IMG/VR virus record: IMGVR_UViG_3300015371_000010
Coordinates: 18,688-82,687 of that record
Direction: 5' to 3' (one strand)
DNA length: 64,000 nt
Source: a virus
Position numbers and translations under genes: made by a program. How positions within the stretch are numbered: the stretch's first letter is position 1; every line of letters begins with the position of its first letter. The notes beneath the pieces were generated by a model, which saw nothing but the letters and a program-made list of their open reading frames with translations, had not been told where the DNA came from and made no database searches. Shown one piece after another: positions 36,142 through 44,328 of this stretch.

Positions 36142-37979
36142 CCACCAAGCGACAGGAGCGCACCGCCTCCGGAGCGGCCATCGCCGCCGGCGGTGGGGTA
36201 GCGGCCGGGACAGGGCTTGCCGCCGGCGGGGTGCCAGGCGGCAAGTCCGACTTCACCACGGTGCTCAACCTGAAGGAGCCCAAGGGCAAGACCAAGCCGG
36301 GTCGGCTGGCCAGCGCTGCGATCCGGAACCGGCACGTGGCCCGAGCCGCGCCCGGTGGCATCCTCGGCTTCCGCACCCACGCGCACCAGGGCGGGATGGT
36401 GGGCTTCGAGCAGCAGGCCGCGCACAAGGCTGGGGTGAAGCCCCCGTCGGGCAAGGAGGCCGGCCATGCCTTCTCGCACGGCTACGTCCAGGGCAAGATC
36501 GCGCCCGAGGCCAAGATCATCCGGCACATGAAGGGCGGCAAGAAGGCCGCTGCCGGGCTCCTGGTCGGTGGGGCCGCGACCACGGCGTACGGCCTGAAGC
36601 GGACCAAGGTGGAGAAGGCCCAGCGCCACAACGACCAGTACAGCGGCACTCTGGCCGGAGCCGGCGGGGCCGGACTGGCGGTCAGCGCCGGCGGGCACAA
36701 GCTGTTCCGGGGCCAGGAGCGCAAGTGGCGCAACACCGCGAACACCAGCGTCGACGAGGCCCAGAAGCTGGTGCCGGGGTTGGGTGGCCGACAGGGCCAG
36801 CGACTCTCGCTGAAGCAGATGCACAAGTACCGGCAGAAGCATGGACCGGACAAGCCGTGGCCGAAGTCGATGACCCCGGAGCGCTCGATGAGCGAGATCT
36901 CCCGGGACAAGAAGGTCTTCCAGGGGGTGCACCCGGAGGTGGCCCGGAAGGCCGGTCAGCTCCGAGGCGTGGCGGCTCAGGCCGAGCACTTCTCGCACGT
37001 CTACGGGAGCACAGCGAAGGTGGTGGGCAGGTTGCGGGGTCCAAGCGCGATCGTGGCGGGAGCCGGAGTCGGCGGGCTGGCGGCCTCCAGGAAGCCGGAC
37101 AAGCGGGTCTCCAAGTCGGACAAGCCGCTGATGAGCGATGCCCAGCTGCGCCGCCGACGCAAGGCGCAGAGCTCCATCGGCCGGACCACCTCCACCATGG
37201 GCCTGACCGGTCTGGGCGTCACCGGAGTCGCGGCGGTGGCCGCCAAGAAGCCGGGTGTGCTCCGGGCGGTGCGCAAGGCACCGGGGCTGAAGGATGTCAC
37301 GCCCAAGAAGATGGAGGGCTACGCGCTCAAGACCGGCATCGTCTCCGGTGGCATCGGCGGGATCGGTGGGTTCAACCAGGCCGCGATCTATGGCGACGAG
37401 GCGCGGCGCAAGAAGCAGACCACCCTGAAGAAGGGGCTGACGGAAGGCACGGACATGGGTGTCATCGAGATGGGGTTCTTCGGTGAGGAGGGCCGGCCGG
37501 TCAAGCTGAAGGAGATCGAGGCCGAGGTGGAGAAGGCCTGGACCCCCGCCGCGCGCAACTTCGACTCCGAGGCCAGCCGGCAGAAGCGGGCCAAGGTCTA
37601 CGAGGGCGGGTCCCTGGTGGCTGCCGGCGGGGCCGGCGCGTACACCGCGCACCACGGGCTGAAGACGATCGAGGCAGGGCGTGGGGCCAAGCCCAAGGTG
37701 ATGGCTCCGGTGGAGCACCGCCGCAACGCCAAGGGGAACCCGTACAAGATCGCGCTGGCCACCAAGGGCGAGCACGCCATCCCGGTAAAGGGTCTCAAGG
37801 CGGTGGGCCGTCATGGTGGACGCACTGCGCTTGGTGCTGGCGCGGTTGCGGCTGCGGCTGGCACGCATGCTGCGCTGAAGCGGAAGCAGAGTGGCTCGTG
37901 GCAGCCCTACGCCAAGCGAGACACCTTCTCGGCCTTCGGCGTGGACCACGGACTGGACAGCTCAGAGTCCACTGTCTGA
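36138..37979 (+). CDS. Basic Gly/Ala-rich putative polyprotein (internal virion cargo)
   Basis: ATGA overlap with the protease; repeated Gly-zipper segments; C-terminal SAFGVDHG. Confidence 0.7.
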   Translation: MTTKRQERTASGAAIAAGGGVAAGTGLAAGGVPGGKSDFTTVLNLKEPKGKTKPGRLASAAIRNRHVARAAPGGILGFRTHAHQGGMVGFEQQAAHKAGVKPPSGKEAGHAFSHGYVQGKIAPEAKIIRHMKGGKKAAAGLLVGGAATTAYGLKRTKVEKAQRHNDQYSGTLAGAGGAGLAVSAGGHKLFRGQERKWRNTANTSVDEAQKLVPGLGGRQGQRLSLKQMHKYRQKHGPDKPWPKSMTPERSMSEISRDKKVFQGVHPEVARKAGQLRGVAAQAEHFSHVYGSTAKVVGRLRGPSAIVAGAGVGGLAASRKPDKRVSKSDKPLMSDAQLRRRRKAQSSIGRTTSTMGLTGLGVTGVAAVAAKKPGVLRAVRKAPGLKDVTPKKMEGYALKTGIVSGGIGGIGGFNQAAIYGDEARRKKQTTLKKGLTEGTDMGVIEMGFFGEEGRPVKLKEIEAEVEKAWTPAARNFDSEASRQKRAKVYEGGSLVAAGGAGAYTAHHGLKTIEAGRGAKPKVMAPVEHRRNAKGNPYKIALATKGEHAIPVKGLKAVGRHGGRTALGAGAVAAAAGTHAALKRKQSGSWQPYAKRDTFSAFGVDHGLDSSESTV

Positions 37980-38027
37980 CACACCGAATGGACAGCACCG
38001 TGAGACTGAGAACTAGAGGTTGATGAC

Positions 38028-38834
38028 ATGCCACAGCGACGGAACTTGACCGACATGGAGATCGACGAGATCTCCACGGTGGACAAGGCAGCGAACCAGC
38101 TTTCCAGGTTCGTCATTGCGAAGCGGGCTCCCGAGGAGGAAGAGATGCCCAAGCTCTACAACCAGGAGGGACAGCCCCTCGACGAAGACAACCTGGAGTT
38201 CGGCGACATCGTCTACGACGACCAGGGCCAGGCCTACGAGTGGGTCGAGGACAAGGGTGAGGAGGAGGAGAAGGACGAGCCCGTTCCCGAGCTCGCCACG
38301 GTCGGCAAGTCGGCCTTCTTCGAGCGCCAGGCTCCTCAGGCCGGCAGCTTCACCCAGTCGGTGATGGAGGAGCTCTCCAAGGCCTTCTCCGACGAGGACC
38401 GAGACGCCGTGATCGCCAAGGCGCTCGGCCGGGTCGAGGAGCTGGAGAAGGCGCAGAAGGAGGCCGCCGAGATCGCCAAGAGCGAGCGGGACCTCCGGCT
38501 GACCCGGGAGTACATCTCCAAGGCCGCCGAGTACAACCTGCCGGTCGCGCCGACCGAGCTGGGCCCGGTGCTCTTCCGGATGGCCGAGTCGATGTCCTAC
38601 GAGGACTGCGCAGTGATCGCCAAGTGCCTGGAGACGGCCGGCGAGATCCTCTTCGAGGAGCGCGGCTACCAGGGCGGCGGCGACAACGCCGACATCTACA
38701 GCCAGGTCTCCGCTCACGCTCACGAGGCCTTCGGCAAGTCCGAGGACTTCAACGAGGTGACCGCCATCAACAAGGTGTTCGACGAGAACCCGGACGCCTA
38801 CGACGAGTACCTGCGTTCGCAGCAGATCCGATAG
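38028..38834 (+). CDS. Capsid scaffolding protein
   Basis: N-terminal LTDMEIDEISTVDKAAN; acidic helical body; many hydrophobic-x-K-(A/S) sites; position before cement and MCP. Confidence 0.75.
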   Translation: MPQRRNLTDMEIDEISTVDKAANQLSRFVIAKRAPEEEEMPKLYNQEGQPLDEDNLEFGDIVYDDQGQAYEWVEDKGEEEEKDEPVPELATVGKSAFFERQAPQAGSFTQSVMEELSKAFSDEDRDAVIAKALGRVEELEKAQKEAAEIAKSERDLRLTREYISKAAEYNLPVAPTELGPVLFRMAESMSYEDCAVIAKCLETAGEILFEERGYQGGGDNADIYSQVSAHAHEAFGKSEDFNEVTAINKVFDENPDAYDEYLRSQQIR

Positions 38835-38846
38835 GAGGGAAGCTCA

Positions 38847-39248
38847 ATGGCCTACGAAGAGAGCCTTCGGTCGATCACGCTGAACGCGGACTCGTCCCTG
38901 GGCATCTACACGGGGGTTCCGGGTCAGCCCGGCTCCCCGGACCCACACGGAGGGCGGCAGTACCACTTCGTGAAGGTCACCGGCGTCCACCAGTGTGGGC
39001 TCGCGGCTGCCACCGGCGATGTCTGTGGGGTGCTGCAGAACAAGCCCCAGGGCACCGGCCAGGCCGCCACGGTCGCCATCGCGGGGGTCTCCAAGGTGGT
39101 CTCCGATGTGGCGATCACCGCAGGTGACCCGATCTACGCCAGCGCCGACGGCCAGGCTGCCAAGACCGGCACCGGTCCACGGGTCGGCACCGCACTGTCC
39201 ACCACCGCCAACCCCGGAGAACTCGTCAACGTTCTCCTCACGCTCTGA
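38847..39248 (+). CDS. Capsid cement/decoration protein (DUF2190-like)
   Basis: QYHFVK, GVLQNKP..GQAATV...GVSKV, ITAGD....ADGQA, GTAL. Confidence 0.8.
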   Translation: MAYEESLRSITLNADSSLGIYTGVPGQPGSPDPHGGRQYHFVKVTGVHQCGLAAATGDVCGVLQNKPQGTGQAATVAIAGVSKVVSDVAITAGDPIYASADGQAAKTGTGPRVGTALSTTANPGELVNVLLTL

Positions 39249-39264
39249 GAGGGAGTGACTAGCC

Positions 39265-40263
39265 ATGCCTAACCCCACCCAGAGCGATCTCCACGTCAAC
39301 GTTCCGCTGACCAATGTCTCCGTCGCCTACATGCAGGACAAGTCGCAGTTCATCGCGGACAAGGTCTTCCCCCGGGTGCCGGTGCAGAAGCAGAGCGATC
39401 TGTACTGGAAGTACTCCAAGTCCGACTGGCGCCGGACCGACGCGCAGAAGCGCGCCCCCGGCACCGAGACGGCTGGCGTTGGCTGGAAGGTCGACACGGG
39501 GCAGTACTTCGCCGAGGTCTGGGGTGTCCACAAGGACATCGACGACCAGGTCCGGGCGAACGCTGACTCCAACTGGAGGCTCGACAGCGACGCGACGACG
39601 TTCGTCACCAACCAGCTCCTGCTCCGCCGGGACCTGGACTGGAACGACAAGTACTTCAAGACCGGACAGTGGGGCACCGACCTCACCGGGGTCACCGGAA
39701 CCGTGGGTGCCGGCCAGTTCCTGCAGTGGAGCGACCCGGCTTCAGACCCGATCGTGCAGTTCTCCGACCTGCAGACCAACTTCGTGGAGCAGTCCGGCCG
39801 CAAGGCCAACACGCTGGTCCTCGGAGCACGGGCGATCACTCAGCTGAAGAACCACCCCGACATCATCGACCGCATCAAGTACACCCAGCGTGGTGTGGTG
39901 ACCACCGACCTGCTCGCGTCGCTGTTCGATGTGGAGCGGATCCTGGTCAGCTACGCGACGGTGACCGATGTGGCCGAGCTGAACGACGCCAAGGCGCAGG
40001 ATGCTGCGGCGACCTACCGGTTCATGTCCAACTCGAAGAGCGCGCTGCTCTGCTTCACCCCGAGCAGCCCGTCCCTGATGACCCCGGCTGCGGGCTACAT
40101 CTTCACCTGGAACGGCTACCTGGCTGGCAACAGCTACGGGATCCGCATGAAGAACTTCCGGATGGAGCCGATCGCTGCGGACCGCATCGAGGGCGAGATG
40201 ACCTACGACATGCGTGTCGTGGCGAAGGACATGGGCATCTTCCTGGCCAACGCTGTCGCCTAG
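39265..40263 (+). CDS. Major capsid protein
   Basis: LTNVSVAY.Q, FIADKVFPRVPVQKQS, RAPGT, WSD..SDP, LKNHPDIIDRIKYT. Confidence 0.9.
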   Translation: MPNPTQSDLHVNVPLTNVSVAYMQDKSQFIADKVFPRVPVQKQSDLYWKYSKSDWRRTDAQKRAPGTETAGVGWKVDTGQYFAEVWGVHKDIDDQVRANADSNWRLDSDATTFVTNQLLLRRDLDWNDKYFKTGQWGTDLTGVTGTVGAGQFLQWSDPASDPIVQFSDLQTNFVEQSGRKANTLVLGARAITQLKNHPDIIDRIKYTQRGVVTTDLLASLFDVERILVSYATVTDVAELNDAKAQDAAATYRFMSNSKSALLCFTPSSPSLMTPAAGYIFTWNGYLAGNSYGIRMKNFRMEPIAADRIEGEMTYDMRVVAKDMGIFLANAVA

Positions 40264-40271
40264 GAGGCGTC

Positions 40272-40472
40272 ATGGAGAGCGCCTTCGGCGTCGAGCATGG
40301 CGGAATCAGCAAGGGGCTCGGCGGGTTTCTGAAGCCCGCCGGGTCCAAGGCTGGCAAGGCCGTAGCAGTGGCTGGGAAGCGTCGTGGGCCGGTTACCGTC
40401 ACCGGCGGCGCGCAGACCGGCGGTAAGTACCGGGCTGGGCAGCTGCCCTACAAGGGCAAGCACACGGGGTAG
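40272..40472 (+). CDS. SAFGxxHG-leader small basic protein 1
   Basis: GGAGG RBS; MESAFGVEHGGISKGLGG... then K/G/A-rich. Confidence 0.75.
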   Translation: MESAFGVEHGGISKGLGGFLKPAGSKAGKAVAVAGKRRGPVTVTGGAQTGGKYRAGQLPYKGKHTG

Positions 40473-40474
40473 CC

Positions 40475-40579
40475 ATGAAGCGGTTGGCCTGGTTGATCGG
40501 GCGGTTCGTGCGATGGTTTCTGGGAATGCCTAGACAGCTACCAGGACCAGTACAGAGAAGGGCGGAGTTCCATGCCTAG
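40475..40579 (+). CDS. Possible 34-aa amphipathic peptide
   Basis: MKRLAWLIGRFVRWFLGMPRQLPGPVQRRAEFHA*; fills the gap and overlaps the next start. Confidence 0.35.
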   Translation: MKRLAWLIGRFVRWFLGMPRQLPGPVQRRAEFHA

Positions 40580-41096
40580 CCAGCTGATCAACAACGAGGC
40601 CATCTCTTTCGTCTGCGCCAAGAACTTCACCTACGCCGGCGAGGACTACCAGATGGGGGACGACTTCCCCCAGGAGGTGGCCAAGAACATCGAGTCTCTC
40701 GTCCGAGCTCGGTTCCTGATCCCGGTCATTGAGTCCACCGACGACAAGCCGCGGCACTGGCATCGAGAGGTACGGACTCGTGAGGAGGCCATGGAGTACC
40801 TCAACCGGGATCGGGTGCAGCTGCGAATGCACCACGAACCGGACTCGGACGAGGTGGTGGACATCGAGAAGCTCACCTACCCGGAGACCACTCCAGAGGC
40901 CGAGGAGCTGGCGGAGTCCCAGAGCGAGGAGACCACGACGGCTGCTCAGGCGGTGCACGACGACCAGTACGACCCCAGCTACCACACGGTGGTGGAGGTC
41001 AACACCTACCTGGCCACCGCCGACGCGGAGGAGCGGGAGCGGGTGCTGGAGGCCGAGCGCAACGGCAAGGCCCGCAAGGGCATCCTGGAGGCCTGA
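40572..41096 (+). CDS. Head-associated protein with small C-terminal helical domain
   Basis: Acidic; C-terminal TVVEVNTYL...ERERVLEAERNGKARKGIL. Confidence 0.7.
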   Translation: MPSQLINNEAISFVCAKNFTYAGEDYQMGDDFPQEVAKNIESLVRARFLIPVIESTDDKPRHWHREVRTREEAMEYLNRDRVQLRMHHEPDSDEVVDIEKLTYPETTPEAEELAESQSEETTTAAQAVHDDQYDPSYHTVVEVNTYLATADAEERERVLEAERNGKARKGILEA

Positions 41097-41458
41097 TGAT
41101 CAGCGCGTTCGGTGTGGACCACGGCGAGGTCTCCAAGGCCTTCGGCTCCAACATCACCCGGTTGGGCTCCAAGCTCGGCTCCGCGACCTCACGGGCCGGC
41201 ACCAACCTGGTCGGCCGGGGTGTGGCCAACAAGGGTGCGGCTCGGGCGATGGGGAAGCCGATGACCGGCGCGATGCGCGGGTTCCAGCGGGGTCTGGGCG
41301 TGGGCGGCAGTGCACAGGGTGCTGTGGGCGGCCGGCTGCAGCGAGCCGGTGCCGGCATGATGAAGCGGCCCGGACTGACCGGGAGCCTGGCCGTGGGTGG
41401 CGCTGGCGCCGGTGGTGGCGCGGCTCTCCTCGGGAATCGGCAGCGCAGGACGTTCTGA
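41096..41458 (+). CDS. SAFGxxHG-leader small basic protein 2
   Basis: TGATG coupling; MISAFGVDHGEVSKAFG...; ends with Gly-zipper RPGLTGSLAVGGAGAGGGAALL. Confidence 0.8.
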   Translation: MISAFGVDHGEVSKAFGSNITRLGSKLGSATSRAGTNLVGRGVANKGAARAMGKPMTGAMRGFQRGLGVGGSAQGAVGGRLQRAGAGMMKRPGLTGSLAVGGAGAGGGAALLGNRQRRTF

Positions 41459-41766
41459 TGCAGAGCGCGTTCGGGATCGAGCACGGGGAGGTCGCCAAGG
41501 CCTTCCGCGCGCCCCGGCCCAAGAAGGGCTACGTCCCGAGGGGCGGTGGCCAGACCGGCCCGCAGAAGACCAAGGGGGCGCTGCACCGGATCGGAGAGGC
41601 CGACATCTCCCTGAAGAACATCGGGACCGCCGCCGGCCGGGGCATGAAGGGCACTGGCGGCTTCCTGGAGCGGCATCCTGGTCTGACCGGCACGGCACTG
41701 GTGGGAGGTGGCGGTGCCGCCGGGTACAAGTACCTGAGCACCAAGCCGCGCAAGAAGGGGTCCTGA
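41458..41766 (+). CDS. SAFGxxHG-leader small basic protein 3
   Basis: TGATG coupling; MQSAFGIEHGEVAKAF...; HPGLTGTALVGGGGAAGY. Confidence 0.8.
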   Translation: MQSAFGIEHGEVAKAFRAPRPKKGYVPRGGGQTGPQKTKGALHRIGEADISLKNIGTAAGRGMKGTGGFLERHPGLTGTALVGGGGAAGYKYLSTKPRKKGS

Positions 41767-42272
41767 TGACCACCACCTACACGGTCCCTGGCGATACCGA
41801 CAAGGACACCCTGCGGTTCCTGATCCAGGACACCGACCCGCACGACGCGGATGAGTGGCAGCTCCAGGACGAAGAGATCCAATGGGCCTACGACACCTGG
41901 TTCCCGCTCTACAACAACCTCTACTTTGTGGCGGCGACGCTGGCAGATACGATCGCAGCGCGTTACGCACGCGAGGCGTCTTACAGCGCCGACGGGGTGA
42001 GCATCAGTCTCGGGCCGGTGGGGGATCAGTACCGAGCTCTGGCTGCGTCGCTTCGAGAGCAGTACAAGAGCTCGCTCGTTGGGGGCGGACCCGACGTGGG
42101 TGGCATGGCCCCCAACGAGCAGCTCCTGCCCGACACCAAGCCGTTCTCCTTCGGCAAGGGGCTGCACGACAACATCGAGGCCGGCCCCCAGGAGTACGGC
42201 GGGGTCTACCCGCCTGAGCAGGCCCTGCAGATCCTGGCCGTGCCCGAGTACGAGCAGGTCGTCGAGCCGTGA
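41766..42272 (+). CDS. Head-to-tail adaptor
   Basis: DTLRFLIQDTD...LQDEEI...AA....IAARYAR....SADGVSIS. Confidence 0.75.
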   Translation: MTTTYTVPGDTDKDTLRFLIQDTDPHDADEWQLQDEEIQWAYDTWFPLYNNLYFVAATLADTIAARYAREASYSADGVSISLGPVGDQYRALAASLREQYKSSLVGGGPDVGGMAPNEQLLPDTKPFSFGKGLHDNIEAGPQEYGGVYPPEQALQILAVPEYEQVVEP

Positions 42273-42682
42273 CCAGCCCGATCACCGCCGAGGCTCGGAA
42301 GTACGTCCGGACCCGGGCCACCGAGGTGATGGAGTACACCTGCCGGATCGAGCGCACCGGGGTGCCCGGGAGCTATGACGAGGACTCGCTGATCTACACC
42401 CCCGAGGGCATGGCCGAGGTGATCTACGAGGGTCCCTGCCGGATCTGGGAGGTCTCTGGAGCGGCCGCGATCGTGGTGGGCGACACCGATGTCTACCAGG
42501 TCAGCACCAACCTCTCGATCCCCTGGGACACCCAGGCCATCGTCAAGCGCTATGACCAGGTGACCGTGCTGACCGCGCCCCAGGACAGCCAGATGGTGGG
42601 CAAGCGGTTCGAGATCCAGACGGTGGCCAAGGCCGGTGAGCTCCGGGCCACCCGCCGCTTCGAGGTCACGGGGCTGCAGTGA
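42269..42682 (+). CDS. Head-to-tail stopper (DUF6093-like)
   Basis: MEYTCRIER...IYEGPCRI...LSIPW...D.V......D..MVGKRF..ATRRF. Confidence 0.7.
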   Translation: MTSPITAEARKYVRTRATEVMEYTCRIERTGVPGSYDEDSLIYTPEGMAEVIYEGPCRIWEVSGAAAIVVGDTDVYQVSTNLSIPWDTQAIVKRYDQVTVLTAPQDSQMVGKRFEIQTVAKAGELRATRRFEVTGLQ

Positions 42683-43137
42683 CCGCCGTCGCCTCTGCCG
42701 ACATCTCTCGGCTGACCGAGGCGTTGCGGAAGACCGCCCAGGAGTCCCAGATCACCACCCAGCAGGTGCTGATCCAGTCCGCCAACCACATCCTGGCGGA
42801 GATCGAGGCCCGGGTCCCGGTGAAGACCGGCACGCTGCGGCGCTCCCTGGCGATCAAGGTGGAGACCAACAAGGTGACCATCGGGCCCAACGAGGCCCAG
42901 GCCCCGTACGCCGGCTACGTGGAGTTCGGGACCAAGCCGCATGTGATCAAGCCCAAGAAGCCCGGTGGCTACCTGGTCTTCACCATCGGCGGTCGGAAGA
43001 TCTTCGCCCGGCAGGTCCGCCATCCCGGCACCCGAGCGCAGCCCTACGTGGAGCCAGGCTTCGAGGCCTGGGTGGACAGTCTCGGGACGATGGCTGCAGA
43101 AGCGAATGTGAAGGTGTTCAAGGACGCTGCCAACTGA
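42679..43137 (+). CDS. HK97 gp10-like neck protein
   Basis: PVKTGTLRRS, YAGYVEFGT.PH.I.PK, V.HPGT.AQPY. Confidence 0.85.
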   Translation: MTAVASADISRLTEALRKTAQESQITTQQVLIQSANHILAEIEARVPVKTGTLRRSLAIKVETNKVTIGPNEAQAPYAGYVEFGTKPHVIKPKKPGGYLVFTIGGRKIFARQVRHPGTRAQPYVEPGFEAWVDSLGTMAAEANVKVFKDAAN

Positions 43138-43604
43138 TGCCAAGCTCACTCTCCCGAGGACCGATCACCGACCGGCTACTGGCCGAGTTGGTGACCGAGA
43201 ACTTCCCGGTGGGCGACAACGCCTCACCGACGGTGCCCTACGGCTGGCAGGGCGAGCCGAACGACCCAGGGACCACCTTCACGCCATGGATGTCCCTCAC
43301 CCCCGGAGCCTCCACCCTGCAGGCGCCTCCGGGGGCGATGGGCGACTCCCAGAGTGAGTGGCGACTGAGCTACCTGGTCATGTACTCCGGCATCTCCCGG
43401 AAGCAGACCGAGGCGCTGGCGGATCGGATGCGACTCAACCTGACCAACATCGTTCGGGAGTCGATCGACACGCCCACGGGGAAGTGGCGGATCCAGAAGA
43501 CCACCTGTACCGCCATCGGCAACACCGCCCGGATCGGGTCGGCCTATCCGGACTACTTCACACAGACAGACTCATTCGAGGTATGGGTCACGAAGGGAAG
43601 CTGA
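43137..43604 (+). CDS. Tail terminator
   Basis: TGATG overlap; GISRKQTEALADRMR; synteny before the major tail gene. Confidence 0.65.
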   Translation: MPSSLSRGPITDRLLAELVTENFPVGDNASPTVPYGWQGEPNDPGTTFTPWMSLTPGASTLQAPPGAMGDSQSEWRLSYLVMYSGISRKQTEALADRMRLNLTNIVRESIDTPTGKWRIQKTTCTAIGNTARIGSAYPDYFTQTDSFEVWVTKGS

Positions 43605-43605
43605 G

Positions 43606-43830
43606 ATGCCGCGTCCGAAGCAGATCAAGATCACCAAGGACGACCAGGTGGGCTACTGCCTGGAGTCCTCACTGAAGGCCTGGGAGCGCGCTGGCTGGAC
43701 GCCTGCGGATGATGGAAGTAGTGAAGAGGAAGCCCAGGTGAGCGCACACCCGATGGAGACCCAGGTGGTTGACACCGGTGAGCCAGGCCAGGAGGTTCCG
43801 CCGAAGAAGACTGCGAGGAAGGCACCGTAA
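43606..43830 (+). CDS. Small hypothetical protein
   Basis: ESSLKAWERAGW motif; TAATG coupling to the major tail gene. Confidence 0.6.
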   Translation: MPRPKQIKITKDDQVGYCLESSLKAWERAGWTPADDGSSEEEAQVSAHPMETQVVDTGEPGQEVPPKKTARKAP

Positions 43831-44309
43831 TGGCCCGGATCATCCCGAACGAGAACACCTGGATCGGGTTCACGACTGCCGATATCACCGACCTGTCGGC
43901 CCCTACGGCCGCGCAGGTGGCGGCGTGTGTGGACCTCACTGGCTTCTGCATCAGCCTGAATGCCTCGGCCCGAGGCAACACCGTGCCGACGCCGGCCTTC
44001 GACTCCCTGTTCGAGACCAGCACGGCCGGTACCAGCGCGGCGACCTTCGACGCGGACTTCTACCGCGACGACGAGGACGACACCGCCTGGGAGACGCTGC
44101 CGCGCGGAACCCGTGGGACGTTCATCATCGCCAGGTTCGGTGGCACCGGTACCGACAACCTGCCGATCGCCGGGGATGACGTGGAGGTCTGGACCGTGAT
44201 GGTGACCAGCCGGACGATGGCGAACATGAGCTCCAACACGGTGCTCACCTTCACCGCCTCCTGCTCGGTCAACATCGAGCCGGCGGAGGATGCTGTAGTC
44301 GCTGCATAG
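43830..44309 (+). CDS. Major tail (tube) protein
   Basis: ITDLSAPTAAQV...DLT; AWETLPRGTRG.FIIARFG..AGDDVEVW. Confidence 0.8.
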   Translation: MARIIPNENTWIGFTTADITDLSAPTAAQVAACVDLTGFCISLNASARGNTVPTPAFDSLFETSTAGTSAATFDADFYRDDEDDTAWETLPRGTRGTFIIARFGGTGTDNLPIAGDDVEVWTVMVTSRTMANMSSNTVLTFTASCSVNIEPAEDAVVAA

Positions 44310-44328
44310 GAAGGGCTAGCATCAGCCC

